Shown here: positions 36,166 through 49,580 of the stretch, piece after piece | Numbering within the stretch: position 1 is the stretch's first letter | Layout: every line of letters starts with the position of its first letter | Source: Sphagnum compactum | Lineage: Eukaryota | Direction: 5' to 3' | Assembly (NCBI GenBank): GCA_965153455.1 | Contig: OZ234493.1 | Coordinates: 30,618,213 to 30,682,212 of the forward strand | Length of the DNA: 64,000 bases | Translations under genes and position numbers: made by a program | Notes under the pieces: model-generated | Seen by the model: only the letters and a program-made list of their open reading frames with translations | The model's database searches: none | What the model was told of the DNA's origin: nothing

Positions 36166-39100
36166 CTCCACCCTGGAATAGTCAGCCGACATACACTACA
36201 TCATCTCTGGGCTTGCTTGTAAGTTGGAATACAAGGGTGTTTGGAGAGCTGACAAGTTTTTCTCATATCCACCTTCTGACCCTTTTCACCTAGATCTGCA
36301 GCTAATGTTAGCTTTTTAGTATTCACGTCAAATTGATTTTATTGTTTCAGCAAGATTGCAATCTGTTTGGACAGCAATCTGTTTGTATAGGTATGGTTGA
36401 TGCTTCCATGAAAGACCACCCATGCCAAGAAATTCAGTTTGCATATACCCAAACTGTTGGAGGCTCAGATGTGAACATAATTATCTGCAATAAATAGACA
36501 GATTGTGGTCCAAAGTTCTCTTGATGATGATGTTAAAAGCTCTATTAGTGGGGCCAGCACAAACCAGCACCAATCAAATGAACCATGCAGAATGGATGGT
36601 GTATGGACAGGAAATAACTTTTCATTTGTACATATTCATTGCCCCAGAGCTAACTACAGTTGTTGGGTATGTACTGACATCTACCCACATGCATCTATCT
36701 ACCCACCTACCTATTGGCCAACAAATAGCTGCCCTATACATAAAATAATCATGTACATTCTTTACTTTCTTGCCTTTGATATGTAGAGCATTTCCTTCAT
36801 AGCATGACATTTGAGGTCCTAACAACTGCATTTATCACATCCAAATTGTGCATCTTACAAGATGATAACTATGCTCTTACTATCGTACATTGTAGATAGC
36901 TACGTATGTAAAGAAGTAGGGGGCCTTTATAGGAGAAGTTGGAACCTTGGTGTGTGGATTGTGACTTTGGTGTGTGGATTGTGGTTCAGCCACAACTGAG
37001 TCATAAGGTGTTTCCAATGGATGGTGCACTGGTGGGTGCTGAGTCACATCATTTCATAAGTGGATGGCTGAGATTTAGGCTTCTATCTTTAAGCTGCCAC
37101 GTGACAATTCTTCAAGGCTAAGGTGGTCCTACATAGTGAAAATAAATTAGATTAAGTACGTTGTCCGGGCTTATACCATGTCTCCCAAAATTTATAAATC
37201 AGTACATATGGCGTAAGACGATTTCACATTTCGAGGTTGGAATGGGATCGGGTGTTTTCACATCTTACCATAGTGCCCGGAGGCGCATAGCGATTAATGA
37301 ATAGAATAAAGAGTCTACCTGCCCAGTCGTAGGTTTCCTTTGTTCACTAAGGCAGGCTACATAGGTGCTCTTTGAACTATGCTAGATAGTCGCCCATCAC
37401 ACGACTCTCTAACTTTATTTTTTCGGATCTTTTGTCAACCTGCCCTCGGCCGCTTTTTTAAGTGAGTTGCTTGTCAAAGCGTCCCACTAAAGAGCCCACA
37501 AGGGAGATGATGGCGCAGCAGGCTACGACAAATCAAACTTGTCTAGGTGCTTAGGACCTTGCCGCCGCCTTGACAAGTGTATAGGCCCTTTTTATCTTGC
37601 TCAAGGCCACACTAGGAAATTTACAAGCTCACTCCATGCAAGATGGAGATTGACGTTTTTACTTTTAAGAAAAAGACCTTGGCCTCCTCTTCATTTCAAA
37701 GAAATGAAAACCCAATCCCTTTTGTTTGGCCATAGTAATCAAGGTGCGTTGTACACAATGGCCTTGTCATCAATTTAATAACAAAAATTGATATTGTACG
37801 GTAAATTGATCATATCTAGGGAAAAAATAAAAAATAAAAATATTTTAATGTACATCATCATGTCATGTTGTTGTAAAAAAAATTGTAATGATTCTTTTCA
37901 ATTTTTTAACATCACAATAGTTATGAGGAACTCAAAAGGGATCTCACATTAAATGATGACATGTTTTATAAACCTATCTAAACATTTAAAAGGTTGTTAC
38001 TAGACCAAAACTAATAGGGAAATGTTAAAATATGATTTTCAATTTTTTGGAAATCTAATGATTTTTTTCTCCCAAATAAAAAACATATTTATTTTTCATA
38101 TTTATTTTTCACATTTGTGCAAAATTTCAAACTAAAAAAAAAAACTCATCATCACATGTGTATGACAAGTGCCATAATTCTTTTTGGAAAAAGTAGTTTC
38201 ATCTTTAGTTTTGTGGGTTTAGTCACTTGGGGCTAGGTGCACATGCAAGGAGGACACAAAAAAAAACAAATTGTCAAAAAATGAATATGAATATTTTTAC
38301 AATCAAATTAGGATGAATCATCTCACCTAGTTTCTAAGGGCCAAAATCTCTTGAAACTCCTATACATTATAATGATTCTCAATTTACCCAATATCCTTGC
38401 TTTACAATGCAAGGCCAATAAAGTTGGAATAGTGAACGGGTGACTTTTACATCCAAATATGTTTTGGCATTGTTTTATCATCACCTCTGTTGCGTTCACA
38501 TGCCTCCCTAAACACCTGCATTACTTACACATGAAAAACCACACATTTGATGAAATTACAACATATAAACTTGTCTTGTAACCTTGGGCTAATCTTAACC
38601 TCTAAGCAGGTGGGATTAAAACTCGTTGCGAATTTCCCAAGTGATCCAAGGCCTTGTCACCCAAGATTATCATCTTCCATCTTCTGGCCTAACCACAAAT
38701 TTGTTTAGTTCAAGGACTTAGCGTATCAAAAATATCACCTCGGACCCCTTTTCCCAAACCCTCACTCGCCAACACTATGCAAGTCATGAATCTATCAAAC
38801 CAGGAATCCAACCCAGCCCAACACTTAGACTTGTAATCCAAGCCATTGCGAGGGTTGCCCCACAATGGTTTGGACTTGAGATACGACTAGACAAATCTCC
38901 ACACTTGAAGGTCCGCCTAAAAGGGCATGTCATTGACCCTTTCATGGGAACATACATGGTTGTAATTGGGCTTTTTTTAAGGAGTTCAGGTGTAGGATTC
39001 TTCTTTTTTTTAAAAGAAAGTTTAGGATGAATTCATGAAAAGGTGACCTTTTCAAAAGTTAAGGTAGTCAAGCCACACCGTGGTGGTACTTTAAAATCAT

Positions 39101-42100
39101 GAAACGCCTTCTCTGAAAATATACAAAAGACATAAAGGTAGAGGTGTGAAGGTGCTTGTGCGTGATCAGCAGGAACTTATGAACTCACAACATGCTTTTG
39201 CATCTTCAGAACTTTTTAAAAATTTGTTGATAGTTTTCCTCTGTTAACAAGAAACCTCACATCTACATGGCAATAACTTGCTTCAAGAAAACTCAATTGG
39301 GTTGCCCGAAGGAAAATAACTTGCAAGTGTTTCTTTATCTTGGCATCTTGCTCTCAATTCTAACACAGATACATAAGAACTTCTGTTAACATACTTTTGA
39401 GTACCAAGTTGTAAGGTTAAAATAATGCGGTTCTACATGGCCCCCCACCCCCTCACCCCCTCCCACTTGATTTCCAATATTCACAAAGGCTGCCAACCTA
39501 TGGTCCAATTCCAAGATAATGTGGAATGTTATAGTTACTTATTTTGTTGTTCCTCCAATACACTAAATCCAAAAATCACTGCTGACCTACTACAGGCAGT
39601 CAGTTTTTGACACCATGAGATTTTGACATCTAGTTAGAGCTTACTTGACGCTCCTGTAACTTCTCCCTTATCCTTTTTCTTATTCCTTTGTACATTTTCC
39701 AAATCTACAGTGTGTTTATAAATAAAGTTTTGCAGGGTTTCATAAAAAAAATCATCCTGTATTTACTGAGTAAACGTGACTATAGTTTTATTTTGCTGAA
39801 TGAGCATAGATAATTTGGTTCTTCAATGCAGCCAAGGTGAACCAGCACCCACCTTCTTGAGTTAGGCATTTTAGTGACCATGTTCAACCCAGGAAATGAC
39901 AAATTTGGATACAGAGAGACCTTGATTTCATCTTCAAATGGAATATTTACCACAGTTAGAATCAAACTAAAACATTCATGATTTTTACCATAAACCTTGC
40001 TTCAAAGTACCACTTTGGGTAAACAGGTACCTGCTACCTATCCCCAAGTTTCCACACTGCATTAGGTAGCAAGCAAGCAAGGAATTTTGTTTGACAAAAC
40101 AAATTGTGGGTTTGGTCACTTGAGGTTTTGCCCACTTGTTATGTTGTAATACCCTTCATATGTGAGACAAGCTTGTCTCTTGGTCTATGTTGGAACCAAA
40201 AATGATAATGAAGTTCACCAAATGATGAGTGGTTAGTGGAAAAAGCCATGTGCAAGTTAACTACTGAATCAGATCCGATAATCTGAATATGATCATGGAA
40301 TCAGGCCAAAATGGGTGGAACGCACGTGTGTTTACAACTATACCCACCTAAGTATAAATTGGGACACAATCAGATCCAACATCAATAGATTAAATCCTGG
40401 CAACCCTATAGGGATACTGTAGTGATGGGAACATTTGCGATAATTCCAGGGAACTTTGGGGGTACCATGTATTGAACTTTGATCAGAACACTTGAAAAAC
40501 TCATTACATGGGGAACAATTTGGGAACTTGATGGGACCACAGAAGGAACATTGAGAACAAAATAGATCCACACACCCCCACCTTCCCCAAAAGGAAAAAA
40601 ACCTGGGCCCCCTGGGTGCATACTGCCTCACCTCATTGGCTGCAAGAAATTGTTTTGCCTACAGTGTTCTTTGCGATTTTTGGCCTAGGCTACTGTCAGG
40701 GGCATGAACTTAGGGTGTATATATATATATTGGGATCCACAGCCAAAAGTGATGCCCTTTTTTGTTTTGTTCCCCAATGTCCCTGGAAAATGGGTAAAAG
40801 TTCAATACCAAAAAGTTTGTACTTCTCTCTCTCCCTTGTACAAATACGTTTTCCTTATGTGAAAACTGTAAGAGCATCTCCACCCCCACACCAGCAAACA
40901 CCCCTTTTCATTAAATCTTGCAGCAAGATAGTGCAAATCCTGCTGTACTCCGGTATTAATGGTCCATTTTACAGTGGTCCATTCTTTCTACTACGAATTT
41001 GGACAGTGACTATTACTCGTTCAGATGCAAAGACACAAATGGTCTTTGAATGTTGAAATGGACCTTTATGACATTTGTGGGTGGGGACAGTGATCATTAA
41101 ACAGTATTCTATTATATTCCATAATAAAGGCGTTGTTTACTGTGTTCGGGTGGAGATGCTCTAAGGGTCCAAAACTTATCCTGTATATCTTGTATCACCT
41201 CAAGGATTTTATTTTGTTGCAGCAATTTGGAATCTTGTGGGATTGGGGGAGTGTACACTCCCTTGGTTCGATTACCAATACCATACTACCTTTTCGTGTT
41301 CAGCACTTGGGTGTCAGATAATTATTTTACTGTTCAAATTTAACTGCGAAAGTAAAAATAAAATTATGAAATTTCGGCAACAAATATAGCCAATTTTTTT
41401 CGCAGATTCTTTGGAATCTGAACCTCTAATGTATTGAAAAAATTCACAACATTTTCTAGAGCTTGTTTTTGCAAAAATGGGAGAAATAAAATTCTATTAA
41501 TTATAAGAGAAAGAAATGTTGTCAATTATTTTAAAAATTCGTAAAGTCACCTCGAGTCTCACACTGTGTTACGCCTTGTATTTTAATTTTCACCCTAAGT
41601 CCGACGCATCCGTAAAGTCACCCTGAGTTAGAGGGTTTTGGGAAAACACAAGGTGAATCAAGGGTTGACTGCATTGACTGTCCAACTTTTGAACAATGAA
41701 TTAATTGAGCATTGGAGGAGGTGGGGGCGTGGGGGTGGCAGGGTTATTTCATGAACTCATAAGGCCAGGGGGGGAGAGGGCACAGATTCTTTTTTTTAAA
41801 TATTGGGGCTATTTGGGGGGTTTGATTGGAAGCAACGTTTTTTACTTCGAAAACTTCCCCCAATGGCGACCCCAAAATTAACCCCTTGACTCTCTCAAAG
41901 GGTTTCTTTATGAAAATTTTCAATAACTTTGGCAAAAAAAATAGGTGATGTTTGGAGGGGTTGGGGGAGGGTTCTTTTATGGCTGGTTTGCGGATCATCA
42001 CCTAAGGCACTTTGGATACCTATCTATTTAGGTTAGGGGTATATAAACTCAAACAACTCTCAATTATCCTTTTCTTTTTGCAAGTGCCATTCCAAAGAAA

Positions 42101-42205
42101 CTCTTTTGGACCATAAGATAATTTTGTTTGGGTTTAGGGTTTCAAGTTCACTTTTTTTGGGGGGGGGGAGGACCCTATTTCATTCCCACTCCCAATTTGT
42201 TATTT

Positions 42206-43150
42206 ATGAAGTTTGTTGCACCTAGTCTTGATTCAAGCTCCTCAAGTAGCAATGAGGAGCTCCTTGATGAGATTGATGTCGAACATCAAATTGCGGTGCA
42301 AGCCACAATCGCATGTGTCAACACTTGGGAGTTTTTCACACTAACAAAATTGGAAGAGGGTGGTGGGCAATCTATGGACACTAACATAGGCGTGCGAGAC
42401 GTCTCAACGACCATGTGGGCCACGCCAAGTTTGTTCAAATCCTTAACCAATTTCAGTTTGATTGAATTTGAAAAATTGGCGCAACTTGTGGTCCTTAACA
42501 TCATTGGTCATGTGAGGTCCATTGGGGAACCACACCACATTTTTGGGCAACCATCCAAGTTGACCCTAGAACAACACTTGCGCAACTTCATACTACATAT
42601 GAAGCACAATAACATCACTAGATATGATGCATTCCAATGGAATTAGAGCAAGAGTGCAATAAATGATGATGGCATCTTTATTGCATCTTGCATCAATTCC
42701 AACGTTGCCAATGAGATCTGGTGGCCCACTATTGAAGAGCGTTAAGTCTTGGCTACGCAACTTCCATAGTTTTAAGGCTGCATCAGATTTATTGATAGTA
42801 CTTTCATCAAAATCTATAAGCCTTGGAACAATTTAACCCATCAAAATTGGTTTAATGGGTGAAAGAAGATGTATTGCATGAACAACATAGTGGTGGTGGA
42901 CCACCATGGGTTGTTCATATATTTGGACCTCAAGTACTTCGAGTCATTCCATGACGTTAGTATCTTGCGACAATCAGACATCCACATGAACTAACGTCAA
43001 CGTTTTGTTCACACATATGAATACTTTGAGTACTTGTTGGGTGATCCGAGCCAGTACATGGGTGAGGATATGTTTGTGATGCAACGCATTGGGAGGCACA
43101 AGTTGGCACCTAAAGTTAATTTTGCTACACTGTAGCTTATAACAAAATGC
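42206..43150 (+). pseudogene. PIF/Harbinger-superfamily DDE transposase remnant (HARBI1/DDE_Tnp_4-like), 3'-truncated
   Basis: FKSLTNFSLIEFEKL...SKLTLEQHL...IWWPTIEER...GCIRFIDSTFIKI.KP...WFNG*KKMYCMNNIVVVDHHG...SFHDVSIL...YLLGDP...YNKMH. Several in-frame stops. Confidence 0.88.
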
Positions 43151-43199
43151 ATACATGCATTTTTTTTTAAACCTCCATCTCATTTCATTTGTATTTAAT

Positions 43200-43662
43200 A
43201 GTTTAGGACTTTTAGGGTTAGGGCTTACATTTTAGGATTTTGGGTTTGTTTTTAGAATCTAAGGTTTGGATTTAAACTTTAATGTTCAATGTTTCAATGT
43301 ATAAGTTTTAGGTTTAGATGTTAAGATTTAAAGTTTAGGATTAGGTTTTAAGGTCAAGTTTTAGAGGTTAAGGTTTATGTTAGGGTTAAGATTAGGCTAT
43401 TAGTTTAGGTTTAGGCTTTAAGGTTATGTGAAAGGGTTTAAGGGTTAAAGTTAGGATAAGGGTTAGGATTTAGGGTTTACAGTTTGGGTTTAGGTTTTAA
43501 AGTTAAGTTTTTGGCTTTGGGTTTAGGATTAGGTTTTAAGAACTAGTTTTAAGTTTAAGTTTTAGGGTTTATTTATAGGGGTTAGGGTTTAGGTTACGGT
43601 TAGGATTAGGCTTTTAGTTTAGGTTTAGGCTTTAAGGTTATGTTTTAGGGTTTAAGGGTTAA
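43200..43662 (+). repeat. Degenerate telomere-like (TTTAGGG/TTAGGG/TTTAGG) tract
   Basis: Dense TTTAGGG, TTAGGG, TTTAGG and TTAAGG variants with an internal ~220-bp re-duplication (43391 vs 43602). Confidence 0.8.
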
Positions 43663-46604
43663 GGTCCAAGCATGCTAAAGTATGCCCAAAAAGTAGTTCT
43701 CAAAGGCAAAAAAATAGAATATGTAAAAGAAGGCTTTAAAAGTAGAAGATGATTATTAAGATTGAACTTTTGAATCATATGAGCTAATCAAATGTGGGAT
43801 GGAAACATTTTCTTAATTTAGAGATTTAATATGAACTTTAAAAAATACCTACTTGTTAGATACTTTCCAAAATTACATTACTGTCACATTTGCATACAAG
43901 TAACCATTTATGAAACCAAGCATATGGTTCATTTAAGAATTATTTAAAGCATGTTATTCAAAGTTTGAAATAAAAAATGCAAATTATATACACATAGAAA
44001 AATATGTTATGCATGTTATTTTTTGCCACAATGAAAACATACTTTGAGAGGGTTCAAATTGTGTAAATTGAATAATTTTAATAACAAAAGATGCATAATG
44101 GAGGTCATTTGTGCATAGGAGCACTATTCCAAAATTATGGCAACTTTTGGCCACACATGTGTAATTTCAAAGGGCTGGAGAAGCAAATAACAAGTATCCT
44201 TCAATCTAAGCAAGTAGATTCAAATAGGTTGTTACCACATTTTAGCCATCAGATGGAGCTTTAAGGCTTGATGGTCACCATTGGATGGAGGGGTTTTAAC
44301 TAAGTATTTGACATTGCAATGCGGGATCATAGGGCAAGAGCAAGGCATGGGGTTTGCATTGGTGGGGCTTGCAAACTCTGTGATTTTCTATTGCCACCTC
44401 TAAGCTTTTCCCAATGCCCTAGCAATTGCAATGTAGTGCAAGTTAACAATGTAGCATCATGAGGCATGTAATAATGGGTGGGAGATAGTAACATCAAACA
44501 ATTATAGAATGCGATGACAATTAAACTTGGGCATCAACAAATACGGGTGTTCAAAGGGTATGGCCTTCCTCACACTCCTCAATCTCACTTGTTTTGCTTT
44601 GTTTTCCTCCTCAATATTAATTTCATCAATCTCTTATTTACCTAATGTATTCATGATGTACATGTTCTTGTTTTTTTTTGTAGTTGGCTCTTTGGTCGCT
44701 TCTTCTATCTTGAAAAGCCAAGAGCTTGCTTCTTTGTCTCAAACACGAAGCGTCACAAGGTAAGACGAATAGCCAGTGACAAAACAAGGGATCAGTTTGT
44801 TAATGGGGCAAAGGTGGTTTGCTTGGGAGTTTGGAAACGGTGCTAAAGCGAAGCTCCAATTATTGTTGCAAGGAAACATGTATCGATTCTTTTCTTACTC
44901 ACTCCTTGGTCATGGTCGGCTATTTTAATTTGTATTGTAACAAATTGTCAAGTGTAGATTAGGTCTCCTTGTAAACATATGTTTTGCCTTGCTCTAAGTG
45001 TTATGTGGATATGTTGTTATATCACATAAGTTTTAAAAGTGGTTGGATTTGTTTTGTGAGATTGAATATCTATGTACAAGCAAAAAACATGGCTTCATTT
45101 TTTATTCCAATCATTGTTTGTTGCAAGCATGAATAGAACCTTAGGAATCATAGAATTAATCTTTTGCATGGTGATTATCTTGTCTTATTACATATAAATC
45201 AATATCTTGTGTTATTTCAATTCCCACATTTTGTTGGATTTTTGTGGGGATGTTAAACAGTCAAGGGTTCTAAATTAACTCCTTTAAACAATTGTAAATT
45301 GGGAGGTGTGAAAGTAAAAACATAGTAAAAGGAACCATGGCGACCAAGGTCAAAGTCTTTACCAAGGATTGCATTTTACACGTGTCCTACATGTATTGGT
45401 CTATTAAATATCAAAACTATATTTTAAATGTAATTTTTGGAACTGGATATTAATATCGAAACCAAAAATACTCATATTATAACAAAACCTATTTTTTTTG
45501 CATGAGGATTTAGATTATAATCAAATGTATAATTTTTCTTTAACCATGCTGAAAATTTTGAACTTTTTTGACCATTAAGGACATTTAGAATCAAAATCAA
45601 TGACATGTTCATTTAAAAATATAAACACATGTGGCCCTACTTATGAAATATAATAAAGCCCATAATAAATTTGATGAAGGTTTGAGTAACAAAAAGCACA
45701 TCCAAATTTTAGAGTCCTTAAAAGGACCTTGTCAACAAGTGTTTTGTGTATGACAAAGGACTCTAATAACATAATGAAATGAATCCAAATTCATAGGAGT
45801 CCAATTTCATGAGCACCCAAACACAATTACAAATTATGGATAAATAATTCATTAAATACAATTAATGGTGATTTTCCAAAGTAATGTAAATGTAGTTTTA
45901 AATATTGTCAACAACTTCCTTGGCTCCTTTTACTATGAATGTACCTGTTAGTACACAAGTGGTTCTTTCCTATACATATGTGTTTACTTGAATCAATTAT
46001 AAACTACAAGCTTGTCTATGGAGATAACAAAAAAATGTATATGTGAATGTGGTTCTACTTATGTTTCCCAGTCTCTCATGCAAGTAAACCTGCAACTGTT
46101 TGTTATTCAATGTGTAGTGTAACTCATTTTTTCTAATGACCTCATTTATACAATGGTTTAATCTAATGGCCAATAAGAGGAATGCGATAATGTCCCAGGC
46201 TCAAAGACTTGCAACTACAAAAGTTCGACGTGAAACTACAAAAGCTTGACAAGCTGCAATAATAAGTGAAGTTGCTACTACAACAACTCGATAATGGCAA
46301 GGTTCCATTCTTCCTAGATTACACTTTAATATTCTACAATTCATGTGTGTGTACTATAATGTTTGCAGATGATCACATCTAGATTTGATGTTTCCATCCA
46401 TGGGTTCATGTAGGTGCGCCAAGGATCATGAAAGGAAAAAGGCTCAACGTGAAAGACAACATGCATTGGCATGGAAAAATAAATCTCCAAGATATTTTGG
46501 CAACACCAATATCCATTGATAATCATATAAATAGAAAGTGGAGAAAATGCGTTATTGTTGCTAATGGCCTTAATAATCTCTTGCATGATGTTGCCCTCAA
46601 CTTC

Positions 46605-47306
46605 ATATGCTAACATCCACCTTTGCTCTTAATAGGGCCTCTCGATCTTCCACACTGACCTCTAAGTTGTTGGCGAAAGTGGCCAGGTTTTTTTATTGGG
46701 ATTGTTGCATTTCAAATTTAGTCATGGTGTGTTCAAGAGTTCGAACAAGTGGGGGTGTAGTAGGTCTTAATGACAATCTAGGTGTTTTATTAGACACAGG
46801 GCTAGGGTTATGTGTAAAATTTGGAAAGGATTGAGAAGAAAGGCTTGATGTACTTTCTACCATTCATTAACGCCTTTTCAACACATTCCTTGATGCATGT
46901 TTATCAGTTATCTTAAATTGTGCAACAACATGATCAAATTGTAGGGTAGCCCTCTCCATGCCCTATTCATTTGATGTGCCAATCTTCAATTCCTTCAAGC
47001 ATTCCCATAACATATTCTTCAAACTTTTAGGATGAAATTCAAAATCTAAAATTGCTTCCTATAGTCCTTGTACACAACTTTCCAAACCTGACCAGGTATA
47101 AGTTGTGTCACATTGCTCCTCTCCCGAAAATAGAGCATGAAATGGTGGTTGTATGATGCGGCAATAGAACTTAGGTGCACAAAATCCACAATGCACCTAA
47201 GGTTTTTGTATTTCTGAAGAGTTTTTGTGGGCCTCGTGCAGCCTACTAGTTCAAGGTCACTTTCTTGTGTGTCAAAATAAAAACCTTCCATACCTACAAT
47301 AACCAT
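46605..47306 (-). pseudogene. Probable Harbinger ORF2 (Myb/SANT-like helical domain, S/P-rich linker, C-terminal helix), convergent with the transposase
   Basis: QLIPGQVWKVVYKDYRKQF* followed by frameshifted ...LKELKIG..., then an S/P-rich stretch. Its position opposite a Harbinger transposase fits the two-ORF organisation. Confidence 0.55.
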
Positions 47307-48339
47307 CGAAGGTTCTTTTAAAAAACTAAAATTTTGAAACTCCTAGTTTGGATTTAGGACTAGAGTTTCTTTTCAAAAATTGGATCTAGACAACACTAGT
47401 TTGGAATTAGGACCGAAAGTTCTAAAACATTTATGATATTGAGAGAGAGAATTTCATTGAAAAATAGGGCTTCAATAGAGTTAGAAAGTTTGATGATCAA
47501 ACCTAGAGAGAGTATGTGTGTGAACCTAAACTATAGAAAAAATGAAATTGAGGATTGAGGTAGAGAAAGAGAGCCAAGGTTCTAACAAATAGAGAGTGTG
47601 AGTCATTGATAGTGGGACTCAATAGACATACATATAGGATTTGATGGTTAAAGGCAAAATAAAAGTGATTCACTTTGAAAGAACATGTAGGATTCTAACA
47701 AAGAGGCTAGAGAAAGTTTAATTTCATGGAAAATCGACTTCTCTTGGGAATTTTGCAAGTGTAATAGGGTTGTAATTCCTTCCCCAATTCAAATTGTGGG
47801 ATTTGTTGAACCAGGACACTCCCATTGCAAACAACAACAGAAGTTTCAATCAAAGTTCCTAGCCCATGTGTAGCACAAATCAAGAAGGTCAAAGTCAGCT
47901 AATCAAAAATGAATATAGAACGTGTGAAAGATAGATTTTGATAAGTTAGAGAAAATGACAGAGACGACAATGTGAGTGGTTAAAACTAGACCCATGCTTT
48001 CACAAATAGTCACCAGGGAATTTGGACTTAAAGATGTTCAAGAGGTTCAAAGCTTTGGAGGTGCTTGACCTTTCACATGTTGATGCATTTATGAGATCCA
48101 AAGCATCAATATAAGCCCATAATAAATAAGGTCTAAGGTTATGATTAGAAACCTTACAAAAATGATGTCTACATCCCTCCATGTTCAATCCAACTTTTGT
48201 ATTACACTCTCATCAAAACCCTATCTACCAACTATCAGACTAGAAGCTGAATTGGGTAAAACATTTAGAGGTAGGATATTGAAAAAAATGTAAAACTCTA
48301 GCTAGAAGAAAAGAATTTTTTGTTGATCAATGTCACAAA

Positions 48340-49580
48340 GAGAAAATGAGAGAGAGAGAGATTCTAATAGTTATGAAAGAGTGTGAGAGAGAAGATTAGA
48401 TGGTGTGAGTCAGCTAATCAAAAGTTTAAAGAGAGAGTGAGAGAGAGTCGAAATTCTGATAGGTTTTAGAGAATGAGAAAAGCTTGAGGTAGTGTGAGTG
48501 GGAAGGATATGGTGACAGAGTTTGTTGAATGCAAGTCTAGAGAGAGAGAGTAAGAGAGAAAGGTTAAATTCTGATAGATTAGAGAGAGGATGAGATTTTG
48601 ACATAATTGAGAAAGTTAGAAAGGGATTTTGACAAACTAGAAAGGGGTGAAAGCATGGTAAAGTATATAATTCAATTACCTTGGCAATCTACTTGTCAAG
48701 CTAACAAGAAATAGGATTAAAACCCATCATAAAATTATTATACATTTAATATTTTTATTTAAGTGATGAAAAACAATATACTTCTTCACTATTATGAAAT
48801 TTTTTAAAAATTTACATTGTAAAAGTAGGTTCCAAGTAGACTTTTCTAAATGTAAGTAGCTTTTGAAACATAATTTTTGCAATGTAACATTTGTTTCAAA
48901 TATGTGTCGAGTATATTCTACCAAAGATAAAGTAAAATTTATTTATTTTCCTTTGAATATACAATGATCTTTATGTTATGACTTTACACAAATCTATTTC
49001 ATTAAATTTTCTAATGAAAAAGTACTTTTGAACACCATATTGGCCAGTCAAATTCAAAAGTACTTGTGCCCTACTTTTATTATTCCAAAGTTTCTCAAAG
49101 TTTGTATTCAACTTAATACAAACCCAATGGAAAGCACCATGGTTTTAAAATGAAATTTAAGTAAAAATTGGATCTACTTTCTTGTGTTTTTGTGAAAAAT
49201 TGTCTTTTTTTAAACTTGATCTTTTCTTGTCAACTTTTTTTGTATAAAATACCATGGTTTCACATAAAAGAGAGAAAGAAAGAAAGAGATTCTGACAAAC
49301 TAGAGTGAAAGAGAGAGAGGATGAGATTTTAACACAATTGAAAGAGTGAAAGATTGAGAGAAAGAAGCTTTAGGTGGTGTGAGTGGGAAGGATACATTGA
49401 TAGAGTTTGCTAAATGCAGGTCCAGAGAAAGTGTGAAAGAAAGAGGTTAAGTTTTGACAAATTAGAAAGAGAGAAAAAGGGATTCTGACATATTCGAAAA
49501 AGAGAGAAATTTTGACAAACTAGAAAGAGAAATAGAAAGAGGATGAGATATTGACACAATTGAAAGAGTGAGAGAGCGAT
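48340..49580. repeat. GA-rich degenerate repeat block, internally duplicated and interrupted by a TIR element
   Basis: GTGTGAGTGGGAAGGATA...AGAGTTTG...AATGCA.GTC.AGAGA at ~48490 and ~49375. Recurrent GGATGAGATTTTGACA and GATTCTGACA units. Confidence 0.7.
48645..49265. mobile_element. Second element with GGGTGAAAGCATGGTA-type TIR and probable 4-bp TSD
   Basis: Left end GGGTGAAAGCATGGTAAAGTATA, right end TACCATGGTTTCACAT. Flanks AAAG / AAAA. A third, partial end (AAGCATGCTAAAGTATGCC) is at ~43667. Confidence 0.6.

Noticed and set aside
38580-38945. Degenerate - strand reading frame (RVNDMPF*ADLQVWRFV*...)
   Set aside because: Several stops and no recognisable domain. Probably TE-derived but cannot be assigned.
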